NCBI RefSeq assembly: GCF_000284455.1
Contig: NC_017039.1
Location: 3,090,001-3,122,000, forward strand
Direction of reading: 5' to 3'
Origin: Synechocystis sp. PCC 6803 substr. PCC-P
GTDB taxonomy: Bacteria > Cyanobacteriota > Cyanobacteriia > Cyanobacteriales > Microcystaceae
Length of the DNA stretch: 32,000 nucleotides
Below, in pieces: positions 1 to 9,647 of the stretch. The translations under genes and the position numbers were made by a program. Below the pieces are notes generated by a model. The model searched no databases and was not told where the DNA came from. It saw only the letters and a list, made by a program, of their open reading frames with translations. Within the stretch, counting starts at the first letter, position 1; each line of letters begins with the position of its first letter.

Positions 1-845
1 ATCCTTATTTTGTACCCGGCACCCGTGATGATTATTACTGGTTTGCCCAAAAAAATGAAGGCAACACTTGGCAAGCTTATAACGAACAAGCAACAGGGGC
101 GATCGCCATCGACAAAGTTGACGTGGGGGATGCCCTAGAGTCTGCCAGGATTGAGCTAGGTCAGTTTGTCCGAATCGAGTTGGCTTTATTTAAAGATATT
201 GGGGATCCTCTTATCTCCGATGATGGGCAACTCGCCTACCATATGGAACAAATTGATGGTCAAGGCAAGACCGAAGTTCAGGGCACTCGCTATACAGCAG
301 CATCGTTGCAACAGACTTTTGCTAGTGCCGATGATGCCTTTACCCAACTGGGGGATAGTGGTCTTCCCATCTATCGCAGTGACTTAGCCACCGTCTATGC
401 ACCGTCCCAGGTGATGAACCTAACCATTCAAAAATTCGAACATGATCCGGTTACAGGACTGGACTGGAACGGGGACCAATGGGTTGGCCTTGGCATTGGG
501 ACCAAAGACTACGCTGCTAGCACAGCATTTGGTTCAGAATTAGCCGTATCAGGTAAGGTTATTTCCGGCGTCTCGGGTAAACCGTTCAAATTCACTGATG
601 CAGGAAACTATCGCATTACCTTTGAAATTGAAGAGGGGGCTTCGATTTTCTTGGATGCGGGGACTGAACGTTACAATGTCGCAGGCGCCAGGGGGATGGT
701 GATTGTTCCTGATAGCTCCAACCATAATGGTTTGATCTATCTCGATATTGCTGTGCCCTCTTCTGTATCGGGTACTGAGGAAGTTGTCTTGGGAACCCAG
801 GACGTCTTTAAAACCCAATTTGTTGAATTGGCACCCGTCAGTTAG
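1..845 (+). CDS. Hypothetical secreted/surface protein, C-terminal part; 5' end lies outside the window (ORF track starts it at 123, but the frame is open from nt 3)
   Basis: Frame 3 translates without a stop from nt 3 (PYFVPGTRDDYYWFAQKNEGNTWQAYNEQATGAIAIDKVDVGDALES...) to the TAG at 843-845. The segment GKPFKFTDAGNYRITFEI resembles beta-rich surface-anchored protein domains (weak family guess). Confidence 0.7.
   Translation, partial: PYFVPGTRDDYYWFAQKNEGNTWQAYNEQATGAIAIDKVDVGDALESARIELGQFVRIELALFKDIGDPLISDDGQLAYHMEQIDGQGKTEVQGTRYTAASLQQTFASADDAFTQLGDSGLPIYRSDLATVYAPSQVMNLTIQKFEHDPVTGLDWNGDQWVGLGIGTKDYAASTAFGSELAVSGKVISGVSGKPFKFTDAGNYRITFEIEEGASIFLDAGTERYNVAGARGMVIVPDSSNHNGLIYLDIAVPSSVSGTEEVVLGTQDVFKTQFVELAPVS
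99..106. repeat. HIP1 octamer GCGATCGC (one of many in the window; also 30221-30228, 30410-30417, 30569-30576, 31700-31707)
   Basis: Exact GCGATCGC palindromes, mostly in coding sequence; a known cyanobacterial iterated palindrome. Confidence 0.95.
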
Positions 846-1235
846 CTTTAAATCCCTCCCAGGGAGCAAGTAAGTTTTCTTTCCCTTCCTCAGCTAAGGG
901 TAGAGCTATCCGTTGGAAGATTAACAAAAATCTGCTTGCGGATAGCTTTTGATCGGCGCAAATTTACGAAAGGGTTCCAGCAGGGGTTTTGTCCAGCGCC
1001 CCCCGAAGGACAGTTAGATTTAGGGGATGAATTGCCGGTGCTTTTCCTACTCTCTGAACGTACAATTTAACTTGATTTGGGCTAGTAGTCCTTGGAATTG
1101 ACAGAGAGAAAATAAGTAGGAGTTGGGTTGGCGATTAAAGCTCTAACTTAAAAGCTGTAGTAGAACTAGTAAGTATATTTAAAGAAAAAGCTACAGCTCT
1201 AAGTAAAAATCGTTGCTTATATTTTTCAGGTAAGA

Positions 1236-1673
1236 TCAGTTTTTAGAGCCAGACATAGAATGAACTAGAGTTGATTTAACAGTCTTTAACCAACGCCAAG
1301 AAACGGCATTAATTAGTAATCCCAGCAGAAATAGAAATATCATTAAAAATATTTGGTACCAAACAATCGTTTCTAAGCTAAGATCAGCAATCAAATGCCC
1401 TAAGTTAAGCACTGAATATACTACAGTTAAGCCAAAATGAACCTGACGTACTTTGCGGGACTGACTAAAAGAAATAACGATAATAGCAAATAGTGGCAGT
1501 ATAAAAAAGATTAACATCAGCCAAAAAATTGGAGAAACATCGGCCATAGTTTGCCCATGGAACTCCGCCACACTCAAATCATGAAAAAGGGGCATTAATC
1601 CCAAATCAGTATGAAACAGCATTGCCAACAAAAACACTGTCCAGAGGTTAACAATACGATGACTGTAATCCAT
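1236..1673 (-). CDS. Small hypothetical membrane protein, about 4 predicted TM segments
   Basis: 145-aa ORF with several long hydrophobic stretches; no family recognised. Confidence 0.55.
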   Translation of the reverse strand: MDYSHRIVNLWTVFLLAMLFHTDLGLMPLFHDLSVAEFHGQTMADVSPIFWLMLIFFILPLFAIIVISFSQSRKVRQVHFGLTVVYSVLNLGHLIADLSLETIVWYQIFLMIFLFLLGLLINAVSWRWLKTVKSTLVHSMSGSKN

Positions 1674-1717
1674 AGTATTTCCTCTAAAAAAATGAGAGTG
1701 GTCTAAATTTTGTCTAA

Positions 1718-2588
1718 GAAAGTGTTTGAAAAGTTTTAAGCAAGCCTTTGAAGCATGAGATGAACCATGGCAACATAGAGCATGGTCTCACTGGTGGTAG
1801 GTAAATATTCATAATCCTTGCTTAAACGACGATAGCGACCAAACCAAGCAAAGGTGCGCTCGACTACCCAACGGCGGGGTAAGACTTCAAAACCTTTTTG
1901 TCCCTGCTTTTTGCTGACGACATTCAAATTCCAACCAAAAGTATGCTCCACCCAATAGATAAAATCCTTTCCGCCAAAGGTGCTATCAGTCCATATAACT
2001 TGCAGGCACTGCCAAAGGGGAGCAAACCAGGTAGCAAGTAGAATCAGACCCTGATGGTCGGAGCGATGGGCACCATGGACGACAACATCGAGAAGTAATC
2101 CCATGGTATCCACGAGGATTGTACGTTTACGACCATTGACCTTTTTTCCGCCGTCATAGCCAGTTTCTTGGCCAGTTCCAGCCTTTTTAAGTGACTGTGA
2201 ATCTAAACAACCGGCACTAGGGTGAGTATTTCTTCCAGCTTTGAGCCGAACTTTCTCACGGAAGATACGGTTTAATTTTTTCCAGGTACCATCTTCGTGC
2301 CATGGCTGGAAATAACCATAGACCGTTCGCCATTTAGGAAAATCATGGGGCAGAAGTCGCCAGGCACACCCCGTTCTGAGCATGTAAAAAATAGCATTGA
2401 GTATCTCCCGCAGACTAGTTTTCCGTTTTCTTCCCCCAGTTTTTGCTTTGGGTAAATGAGGTTCTACCAATTGCCACTGGCTATCTGTGATGTCCGTGCT
2501 GTAAAATTCTCGAATTATCATTAATTATGGTGAAAATTTTATTCTTTTCACCATTTTCCATTCTTCACCCTACTTTTCAAACACGCTC
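1718..2588 (-). mobile_element. IS5-family insertion sequence, 871 bp (copy A)
   Basis: Terminal inverted repeats GAAAGTGTTTGAAAAG / GAGCGTGTTTGAAAAG (14/16 matches), flanking direct repeats TAA (1715-1717, 2589-2591), and an internal 261-aa transposase identical to that of copy B. Confidence 0.95.
1736..2521 (-). CDS. IS5-family transposase (copy A)
   Basis: MIIREFYSTDITDSQWQLVEPHLPKAK...GGRKRKTSLREILNAIFYMLRTGCAWRLLPHDFP... is typical of IS5-group DDE transposases; intact 261 aa. Confidence 0.95.
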   Translation of the reverse strand: MIIREFYSTDITDSQWQLVEPHLPKAKTGGRKRKTSLREILNAIFYMLRTGCAWRLLPHDFPKWRTVYGYFQPWHEDGTWKKLNRIFREKVRLKAGRNTHPSAGCLDSQSLKKAGTGQETGYDGGKKVNGRKRTILVDTMGLLLDVVVHGAHRSDHQGLILLATWFAPLWQCLQVIWTDSTFGGKDFIYWVEHTFGWNLNVVSKKQGQKGFEVLPRRWVVERTFAWFGRYRRLSKDYEYLPTTSETMLYVAMVHLMLQRLA

Positions 2589-2600
2589 TAAAGGGGAGAA

Positions 2601-2798
2601 TTAAAGTGAAAAGCGTTCAAAAAAAAGAACAGCAAAATTAGAAGTAGCAGCTCGCCAATCTTGGATAGAGCGTTGCCATTTTTTAGTGATGTTATTTATA
2701 GTTAAATATAATAGCTCAAAAACAGAGTCTTCGTCATCAAATCCTAGAGCAGACCCTATTACAACTCTCCCCAAAAATCCCTTGCTGAAGTGCTCCAT
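2601..2798 (-). pseudogene. Probable C-terminal remnant of an IS256/mutator-family transposase
   Basis: GFDDEDSVFELLYLTINNITKKWQRSIQDWRAATSNFAVLFFERF resembles the conserved C-terminus of IS256-family transposases (pattern ..L.KLLYL...NI.KKW..PI..W..A...FAI.FE.R). No upstream catalytic part is visible. Confidence 0.55.
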
Positions 2799-2871
2799 TA
2801 GATTTTAAATGTACGCAATCACTCAGATTACGGCAGTTATGAGGAGAAGGTATGGGCAAAACTTATCAGAC

Positions 2872-3414
2872 TCAAAACACACACCGTTGCAGCAAAAAGA
2901 AAAAAGGCTGAGGGATAGGTTTATAGTCCATCAAACCAAATACGGAGTTATCATCAATTTTCTTAAAAGAGTCATTAATAGGTAAATAATCGTAAATCAT
3001 AGTGGCGGTAACTACACCACGGCTTTCCATCATTCGCAAACGTGCTTGGCTAACTTCAGTTTTAAAAAAACTAGTGAACCAACGCAGTCCTGGGGCAATC
3101 CATGGATAACGATTGATACGAAAATTTAGGGAGAGTGCCATCACAGTTGGATCTGGTCTGAGCTTGAAAATTTCTCCCTGGGTATTTTTAAATAACAAAG
3201 GATGAACTGTTTCCGCATCAATAAACTCCTTGCCGTACCAACAGATCATCTCTAATATGCCGTCCATCGGATGATTAGTGGAAATTCCCTTGCCTTGCCA
3301 ACGCCCGGTAATAAAAGCGAGATCCACAGGTTCCAAGGAATCATAAAAAGACAATGCCTCGGCAGTAGTCATTGCGGAAGCTGACAAGAGAGATTGCAAA
3401 TCATTTTTAGCCAT
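2872..3414 (-). CDS. GXWXG / DUF4334 domain protein
   Basis: 180 aa containing FITGRWQGKGISTNHPMDGILEMICWYGKEF near the N-terminus and a C-terminal DUF4334-like part (ARLRMMESRGVVTATMIYDYLPINDSFKKIDDNSVFGLMDYK). Confidence 0.8.
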   Translation of the reverse strand: MAKNDLQSLLSASAMTTAEALSFYDSLEPVDLAFITGRWQGKGISTNHPMDGILEMICWYGKEFIDAETVHPLLFKNTQGEIFKLRPDPTVMALSLNFRINRYPWIAPGLRWFTSFFKTEVSQARLRMMESRGVVTATMIYDYLPINDSFKKIDDNSVFGLMDYKPIPQPFFFLLQRCVF

Positions 3415-4148
3415 CGTGGAGAAGCCATGGGCTCGAAAAGATATTGTGCCAAGTTTAGTCTGGGCGGTGACCTATGGTATGGCGGAAAGAAGAATGGATC
3501 GAGGAACAAGCGGAAAGTCTTAGGCAACCAAGGCCCCAATTCTACAAGCTAACAACCTAAGCCATCAATCAGGTAATCGCCGCCGATGTATCGGAGTCTA
3601 CCCATAGGCTCTGGATTTGTGGACTCGTTTCCTTTGGCGATCACCGAATTGTTAGAGATAAAAACGCCCCTACTAATTTTGGGGGCCTGCCATTTTCAGT
3701 AGCATCGGAGGCAAGAGGGGAGTGTCAAACCGGGATAGTTTAGTTTTTAAAAAATTACCTTTTAAACAATTATCGATGGAGGTTAACGGGCAAAATGTTG
3801 ATATAGTCATTTCAATTAACGATGAGAGAATTTAATGTAAAATTATGGAGTGTACAAAATGAACAGGTTTAAACAATGGCTTACAGTTTAGATTTAAGGC
3901 AAAGGGTAGTAGCTTATATAGAAGCTGGAGGAAAAATAACTGAGGCTTCCAAGATATATAAAATAGGAAAAGCCTCGATATACAGATGGTTAAATAGAGT
4001 AGATTTAAGCCCAACAAAAGTAGAGCGTCGCCATAGGAAATTAGACTGGGAAGCTCTAAAAAAAGACGTAGAAGAAAATCCCGATGCAAGATTGATAGAC
4101 AGAGCCAAGAAATTTGGAGTGAGGCCGAGTGCCGTATATTACGCATTA

Positions 4149-5019
4149 GAGCGTGTTTGAAAAGTAGGGTGAAGAATGGAAAATGGTGAAAAGAATAAAA
4201 TTTTCACCATAATTAATGATAATTCGAGAATTTTACAGCACGGACATCACAGATAGCCAGTGGCAATTGGTAGAACCCCATTTACCCAAAGCAAAAACTG
4301 GGGGAAGAAAACGGAAAACTAGTCTGCGGGAGATACTCAATGCTATTTTTTACATGCTCAGAACGGGGTGTGCCTGGCGACTTCTGCCCCATGATTTTCC
4401 TAAATGGCGAACGGTCTATGGTTATTTCCAGCCATGGCACGAAGATGGTACCTGGAAAAAATTAAATCGTATCTTCCGTGAGAAAGTTCGGCTCAAAGCT
4501 GGAAGAAATACTCACCCTAGTGCCGGTTGTTTAGATTCACAGTCACTTAAAAAGGCTGGAACTGGCCAAGAAACTGGCTATGACGGCGGAAAAAAGGTCA
4601 ATGGTCGTAAACGTACAATCCTCGTGGATACCATGGGATTACTTCTCGATGTTGTCGTCCATGGTGCCCATCGCTCTGACCATCAGGGTCTGATTCTACT
4701 TGCTACCTGGTTTGCTCCCCTTTGGCAGTGCCTGCAAGTTATATGGACTGATAGCACCTTTGGCGGAAAGGATTTTATCTATTGGGTGGAGCATACTTTT
4801 GGTTGGAATTTGAATGTCGTCAGCAAAAAGCAGGGACAAAAAGGTTTTGAAGTCTTACCCCGCCGTTGGGTAGTCGAGCGCACCTTTGCTTGGTTTGGTC
4901 GCTATCGTCGTTTAAGCAAGGATTATGAATATTTACCTACCACCAGTGAGACCATGCTCTATGTTGCCATGGTTCATCTCATGCTTCAAAGGCTTGCTTA
5001 AAACTTTTCAAACACTTTC
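4149..5019 (+). mobile_element. IS5-family insertion sequence, 871 bp (copy B), inserted inside ISY100-type DNA
   Basis: Starts GAGCGTGTTTGAAAAG, ends CTTTTCAAACACTTTC; TTA duplications at 4146-4148 and 5020-5022; removing the IS plus one TTA restores the uninterrupted ISY100 sequence GCATTAAAGAAAATG seen at 5531 onwards. Confidence 0.97.
4216..5001 (+). CDS. IS5-family transposase (copy B)
   Basis: 261-aa protein identical to that at 1736-2521. Confidence 0.95.
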   Translation: MIIREFYSTDITDSQWQLVEPHLPKAKTGGRKRKTSLREILNAIFYMLRTGCAWRLLPHDFPKWRTVYGYFQPWHEDGTWKKLNRIFREKVRLKAGRNTHPSAGCLDSQSLKKAGTGQETGYDGGKKVNGRKRTILVDTMGLLLDVVVHGAHRSDHQGLILLATWFAPLWQCLQVIWTDSTFGGKDFIYWVEHTFGWNLNVVSKKQGQKGFEVLPRRWVVERTFAWFGRYRRLSKDYEYLPTTSETMLYVAMVHLMLQRLA

Positions 5020-5191
5020 TTAAAGAAAATGAAAATAAACAGAAAAAAAAAGAACTACGTTATCGAGAAAGAAACCGGGAGGAACGAGTTAAGTACTATA
5101 GAATGTTAAGAGAACTAATTAAGCTCTATGGTAGTCAAGCTATAGTTTACATAGATGAATCTGGATTCGAAGCAATCCAGGCTTGTATTTA

Positions 5192-6138
5192 TAGTCATTT
5201 CAATTAACGATGAGAGAATTTAATGTAAAATTATGGAGTGTACAAAATGAACAGGTTTAAACAATGGCTTACAGTTTAGATTTAAGGCAAAGGGTAGTAG
5301 CTTATATAGAAGCTGGAGGAAAAATAACTGAGGCTTCCAAGATATATAAAATAGGAAAAGCCTCGATATACAGATGGTTAAATAGAGTAGATTTAAGCCC
5401 AATAAAAGTAGAGCGTCGCCATAGGAAATTAGACTGGGAAGCTCTAAAAAAAGACGTAGAAGAAAATCCCGATGCAAGATTGATAGACAGAGCCAAGAAA
5501 TTTGGAGTGAGGCCGAGTGCCGTATATTACGCATTAAAGAAAATGAAAATAAACAGAAAAAAAAAAGAACTACGTTATCGAGAAAGAAACCGGGAGGAAC
5601 GAGTTAAGTACTATAGAATGTTAAGAGAACTAATTAAGCTCTATGGTAGTCAAGCTATAGTTTACATAGATGAATCTGGATTCGAAGCAATCCAGGCTTG
5701 TATTTATGCCTGGTCAAAAAAAGGAAAAAAAGTTTATGGAGATAGACAAGGAAAAAGGGGAGTCAGAGAAAATCTAGTAGCAGGGAGAAGAAAAGGAAAA
5801 AAAGATTTGATTGCGCCGATGGTTTTTACCGGGAGTTTGAATGCAGAAGGCTTTGAAGGATGGTTAAAATTATATTTGCTACCCTCCCTCGACATTCCAT
5901 CAATATTAATAATGGATAATGCTCCTATTCATCGTAAAACTGCCATTAAAGAATTGGCTAAAGAAGCAGGTCATGAAGTTCTTTTTTTGCCGAAATATTC
6001 TCCTGATTTAAATGATATTGAGCATGACTTTAGTGCCTTGAAACGAGCTAGAATGTACGCTCCTATTGACACGTCTCTTGATGAAATTATCCGTTCTTAC
6101 TGTGGCGTTTAGCGTCTCAGCTTTATTTGAAACTACTA
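5192..6138 (+). mobile_element. ISY100-type (IS630/Tc1-mariner) element, intact 947-bp copy nested inside an older ISY100 copy
   Basis: TAGTCATTTCAATTAACGATGAGA...TCTCAGCTTTATTTGAAACTACTA ends, TA duplications at 5190-5191 and 6139-6140, intact 282-aa transposase. The length equals the published ISY100 length as I recall it. Confidence 0.96.
5264..6112 (+). CDS. IS630/Tc1-mariner family transposase (ISY100 type), intact
   Basis: N-terminal HTH (MAYSLDLRQRVVAYIEAGGKITEASKIYKIGKASIYRWLNR) and DDE motifs IVYIDESGF, LIMDNAPIHRKTA, YSPDLNDIEHDFSALK. Confidence 0.96.
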   Translation: MAYSLDLRQRVVAYIEAGGKITEASKIYKIGKASIYRWLNRVDLSPIKVERRHRKLDWEALKKDVEENPDARLIDRAKKFGVRPSAVYYALKKMKINRKKKELRYRERNREERVKYYRMLRELIKLYGSQAIVYIDESGFEAIQACIYAWSKKGKKVYGDRQGKRGVRENLVAGRRKGKKDLIAPMVFTGSLNAEGFEGWLKLYLLPSLDIPSILIMDNAPIHRKTAIKELAKEAGHEVLFLPKYSPDLNDIEHDFSALKRARMYAPIDTSLDEIIRSYCGV

Positions 6139-6556
6139 TATGCCTGGTCAAAAAAAGGAAAAAAAGTTTATGGAGATAGACAAGGAAAAAGGGGAGTCAG
6201 AGAAAATCTAGTAGCAGGGAGAAGAAAAGGAAAAAAAGATTTGATTGCGCCGATGGTTTTTACCGGGAGTTTGAATGCAGAAGGCTTTGAAGGATGGTTA
6301 AAATTATATTTGCTACCCTCCCTCGACATTCCATCAATATTAATAATGGATAATGCTCCTATTCATCGTAAAACTGCCATTAAAGAATTGGCTAAAGAAG
6401 CAGGTCATGAAGTTCTTTTTTTGCCGAAATATTCTCCTGATTTAAATGATATTGAGCATGACTTTAGTGCCTTGAAACGAGCTAGAATGTACGCTCCTAT
6501 TGACACGTCTCTTGATGAAATTATCCGTTCTTACCGTGGCGTTTAGCGTCTCAGCT

Positions 6557-9394
6557 TTATTTGAAACTACTATACAGTCGAACAGAGACTTTTTCTAATT
6601 CGATCCAGATAAAAATTAGGGCACTGAAGCCAACACAAACCCACAGTTCGTTGGCAGGTAAATAATGGGTTCCAAAAAATGCCCGCAGCGGTTCAACATA
6701 AATCAATAACAGTTGTAATAAAGAGGTAACGACCACAGCCACCAGCAAAAAAGGATTGGAAAAAAGGTTCATTTCAACGGTCAAACTGGTCAAAGAACGA
6801 ATGGCGAGGGCATGACCCATCTGGGCTAAGCAGAGGGTGGTAAATACCATAGTTTTCCAGCGATTGGGGGAAAGTCCGCCCTCTAAATGGTTGGGGGTAT
6901 AGTTGTAGGCCCACACCATCAGCACAATGGTCACAATGGCCAATATCAAACCTTGACGAACCATATAAGAACCCAAACCCCGGGCAAATATGCTTTCCTG
7001 GGGGTCTTTGGGGGACTGTTGCATAACGGTTGCTTTGCCTGGTTCCACGGCCAGGGCTAAAGCGGGAACTCCATCGGTGACCAGGTTCATCCAAAGAATT
7101 TGCAAGGGAGAGAGGGGAACGCCTCCCAACCCCATTAAAGGAGCCGCCGCAATTGTTAAAACTTCGCCAATATTACTGCCCAGGATATAGCGGATAAAAC
7201 GGCGGATATTAGTGTAGACAACACGACCTTCTTCCACCGCTGAGACGATGGTGGCAAAGTTATCGTCCAATAAAATCATGTCACTGGCTTCCTTACTGAC
7301 ATCAGTTCCCGTGATGCCCATGGCGACCCCAATATCAGCTTGTTTTAACGCCGGGGCATCATTGACTCCATCCCCGGTCATGGCTACGACTTCATGTTGT
7401 TTGCGGAGGGTTTGGACGATTTTTAATTTATGTTCGGGGGAAACCCTGGCATAAACACTGACTGTATGAACAATTTCCGCTAGTTCTTTTTCACTGCAAT
7501 TGTCTAAATCCCGACTGGTAACGACCCTTGCCCCTGGTTCCGCAATGCCCAAATCAAGGGCGATCGCCTGGGCGGTGAGGGGGTGGTCTCCAGTAATCAT
7601 CACGGGTCGAATCCCGGCGGCCCGACATTTAGCCACGGCATCTCGCACTTCTGGACGGGGAGCATCTAACATTCCCACTAGCCCCAACCAAGTTAATTCT
7701 TGTTCGGCAATGTCATCAGTGGTGTTGGCAGGTAACGTTGTCCAAACTTTGCTGGCAAAGCCCAATACCCGTAGGCCACGGCCGGCTAAATCATTATTTT
7801 TTTCGAGAATATAACTACGCTTTTCTTTACTAATGGGTAAGATTTCGCTTCCGACTTGAATGTGGGTACAGCGTTCTAGGATTAACTCAGGGGAACCTTT
7901 GACAAACATCACATAACTGTCGGGGGTGTTAATTTTTCCCTGCCCATCTTGGACAATGACACTCATGCGCTTGCGTTCTGAGGAAAAGGGAAATTCTGTT
8001 ATCCGGGGAAAATATTGTTCCTGTTCGTGTTTAAAAATATTTGCTTTACCCGCTAAGGCCAATAAAGCCCCTTCCGTGGGATCGCCTAAAATCGCCCATT
8101 GTCCATTTTCCTTTTGTAAAATGGCATCGTTGCAGAGAATACATGCCATTAATAATTTTTCAATTTCGGGGATATTTTCAATCTTTAAATCTTCTCCCTC
8201 CCCTGCTTGAAACTCACCGACGGGATTATAGCCTTCCCCTGTAACCACTAAACGATGGCGATCGCTAATAATAGACTGCACCACCATCTTATTTTGGGTC
8301 AAAGTGCCCGTTTTATCAGAGCAGATGGTCGTTACGGAACCGAGGGTTTCCACCGCACTCAGTTGACGAATCAGCGCATTGCGTTTGGCCATGCGTTGGG
8401 TCCCCAAGGCTAAGGTGACGGTAATTACAGCGGGTAGTCCTTCGGGAACCACAGCAACAGCCATACTAAGGGATACTTCAACCAACTGCATAAACAAATC
8501 CGGTTTGAAGAGCGTTCCCCCCACAACGACGATCGCCACCAAGATCAAAGAACCACTGACTAACACATTGCCCAATTGGGTCATGCGCTTTTGGAGGGGA
8601 GTGGGTTCCGGTTCTACAGATTGCAGGGCTGAGGCAATTTTTCCTAATTCTGTCTTCATGCCCGTTGCGGTCACGATCACTGTGCCCCGGCCCTGGACAA
8701 CTTCTGTGCCGGAGTAAACTAAATTTAGGCGATCGCCCAAGGCACTATCGGCGGGTAACAGCACATCTCCCTGTTTCATTACCGCTTCTGCTTCCCCCGT
8801 TAAAGCGGCTTCACGAATTTGGAGATTGGCCCCTTCTAAAATACGACCGTCAGCGGGAACTTTAACCCCTGCTTCTAGCAGAATCAGGTCTCCCGGTACT
8901 AACTCCGTGGATTCCACTTCGGTGGTTTTGCCCTCTCGAATGACTCGCACCCTGGACGTAGATAGGTCTTTGAGGGCTGCTAGGGCCTTTTCCGCTCCCC
9001 GTTCCTGCACATACCCCAAAATACCATTCAGTAATACAACGGTAAAAATAGCAACTGCATCTTTAGGAAAAATAAATTTACCCAATTGTTGGGCTTGATA
9101 AATATCAATTGCGGCCGAAATCACTGCAACAGCGATCAGCAACAACAACATAATGTTTGTAAACTGATCAACTAAAATGTTCCAGGAAGTTCTCCCCCCC
9201 GTTTCTATCAACTCGTTTTTTCCATAAACTTGCAAATTTTCAGCCACCTGTTGCTGGCTTAATCCTTGTTGGCGATCGCCATGTAAGTCACTGACGACTT
9301 GATCTGCAGAAAGAGTATGCCAGGTAATCAAAGGTTGGCCCTGAAAAGAAGCAGATGGAGGCATAGAGATGAAAAAATAGCAACAAGCTTTCAT
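6557..9394 (-). CDS. P-type cation-transporting ATPase (PacL/SERCA-like, type II); true start may be the Met at 9364; last codons supplied by the adjacent ISY100 TIR
   Basis: [15 protein letters not shown] phosphorylation motif, [22 protein letters not shown] hinge motif, and [20 protein letters not shown] in the C-terminal TM region. Confidence 0.95.
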   Translation of the reverse strand: MKACCYFFISMPPSASFQGQPLITWHTLSADQVVSDLHGDRQQGLSQQQVAENLQVYGKNELIETGGRTSWNILVDQFTNIMLLLLIAVAVISAAIDIYQAQQLGKFIFPKDAVAIFTVVLLNGILGYVQERGAEKALAALKDLSTSRVRVIREGKTTEVESTELVPGDLILLEAGVKVPADGRILEGANLQIREAALTGEAEAVMKQGDVLLPADSALGDRLNLVYSGTEVVQGRGTVIVTATGMKTELGKIASALQSVEPEPTPLQKRMTQLGNVLVSGSLILVAIVVVGGTLFKPDLFMQLVEVSLSMAVAVVPEGLPAVITVTLALGTQRMAKRNALIRQLSAVETLGSVTTICSDKTGTLTQNKMVVQSIISDRHRLVVTGEGYNPVGEFQAGEGEDLKIENIPEIEKLLMACILCNDAILQKENGQWAILGDPTEGALLALAGKANIFKHEQEQYFPRITEFPFSSERKRMSVIVQDGQGKINTPDSYVMFVKGSPELILERCTHIQVGSEILPISKEKRSYILEKNNDLAGRGLRVLGFASKVWTTLPANTTDDIAEQELTWLGLVGMLDAPRPEVRDAVAKCRAAGIRPVMITGDHPLTAQAIALDLGIAEPGARVVTSRDLDNCSEKELAEIVHTVSVYARVSPEHKLKIVQTLRKQHEVVAMTGDGVNDAPALKQADIGVAMGITGTDVSKEASDMILLDDNFATIVSAVEEGRVVYTNIRRFIRYILGSNIGEVLTIAAAPLMGLGGVPLSPLQILWMNLVTDGVPALALAVEPGKATVMQQSPKDPQESIFARGLGSYMVRQGLILAIVTIVLMVWAYNYTPNHLEGGLSPNRWKTMVFTTLCLAQMGHALAIRSLTSLTVEMNLFSNPFLLVAVVVTSLLQLLLIYVEPLRAFFGTHYLPANELWVCVGFSALIFIWIELEKVSVRLYSSFK

Positions 9395-9647
9395 TTTAAT
9401 CGAAAACGATCATAAGCTTAAATTACTGACGTTAGAATTATTTTTCTTGTCCGCTAAATCAATCGTAAAAAAAGCTAAAGATTTATACATTAAATTTTCT
9501 TATTTAAAATGTCAGAAAAATATGTTGTGAAAATAAAGTTGACACTTCCCGCCCCAAAACATGAAAATCACTTCTTCACAGGCTTAGTTATTCATGAGCA
9601 TCTTCGCCTCGTTGCTCAGTTTTTTTCAATGAATTAATAAATAAAAA

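Larger units (their letters stand above)
3876..6546 (+). pseudogene. ISY100-type transposase of the outer copy; disrupted by an IS5-family insertion, an ISY100 insertion and a 1-nt deletion in a poly-A run
   Basis: Fragments 3876-4148, 5023-5191 and 6141-6546 reassemble to a sequence near-identical to the 282-aa transposase at 5264-6112. The poly-A run is 9 A (5043-5051) versus 10 A (5557-5566) in the intact copy. Confidence 0.9.
3804..6572 (+). mobile_element. ISY100-type (IS630/Tc1-mariner) element, outer copy, interrupted by two later insertions; own sequence = 3804-4148 + 5023-5191 + 6141-6572 (946 bp)
   Basis: TIRs TAGTCATTTCAATTAACGATGAGA (left) and, at the right end, the reverse complement of TAGTAGTTTCAAATAAAGCTGAGA. 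TA duplications at 3802-3803 and 6573-6574. The pieces align to the intact copy at 5192-6138. Confidence 0.93.

Noticed and set aside
166-869. ORFs 166-387 (+) and 549-869 (-)
   Set aside because: Overlap the continuous frame-3 coding sequence that is open from the window start.
3415-3801. Gap between the GXWXG gene and ISY100 examined for a missed gene, tRNA or small RNA
   Set aside because: No cloverleaf, no long frame and no clear terminator found by eye.
3832-4146. Antisense ORFs (3832-4146, 3914-4108, 5220-5534, 5302-5496, minus strand) that occur in duplicate
   Set aside because: They are the reverse strand of the ISY100 transposase gene; duplication simply reflects the two IS copies.
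6127-6546. 139-aa ORF starting MKLLYAWSKKGKK
   Set aside because: It starts inside the inner ISY100 terminal repeat and runs into the 3' part of the outer transposase; it is a junction artefact of nesting, not an independent gene.
6774-9098. Multiple plus-strand ORFs opposite the P-type ATPase (e.g. 6990-7190, 7248-7454, 7500-7814, 7926-8210, 8379-8717)
   Set aside because: Shadow ORFs antisense to a strongly supported gene; compositions (Ser/Pro/Ala-rich, no domains) look spurious.
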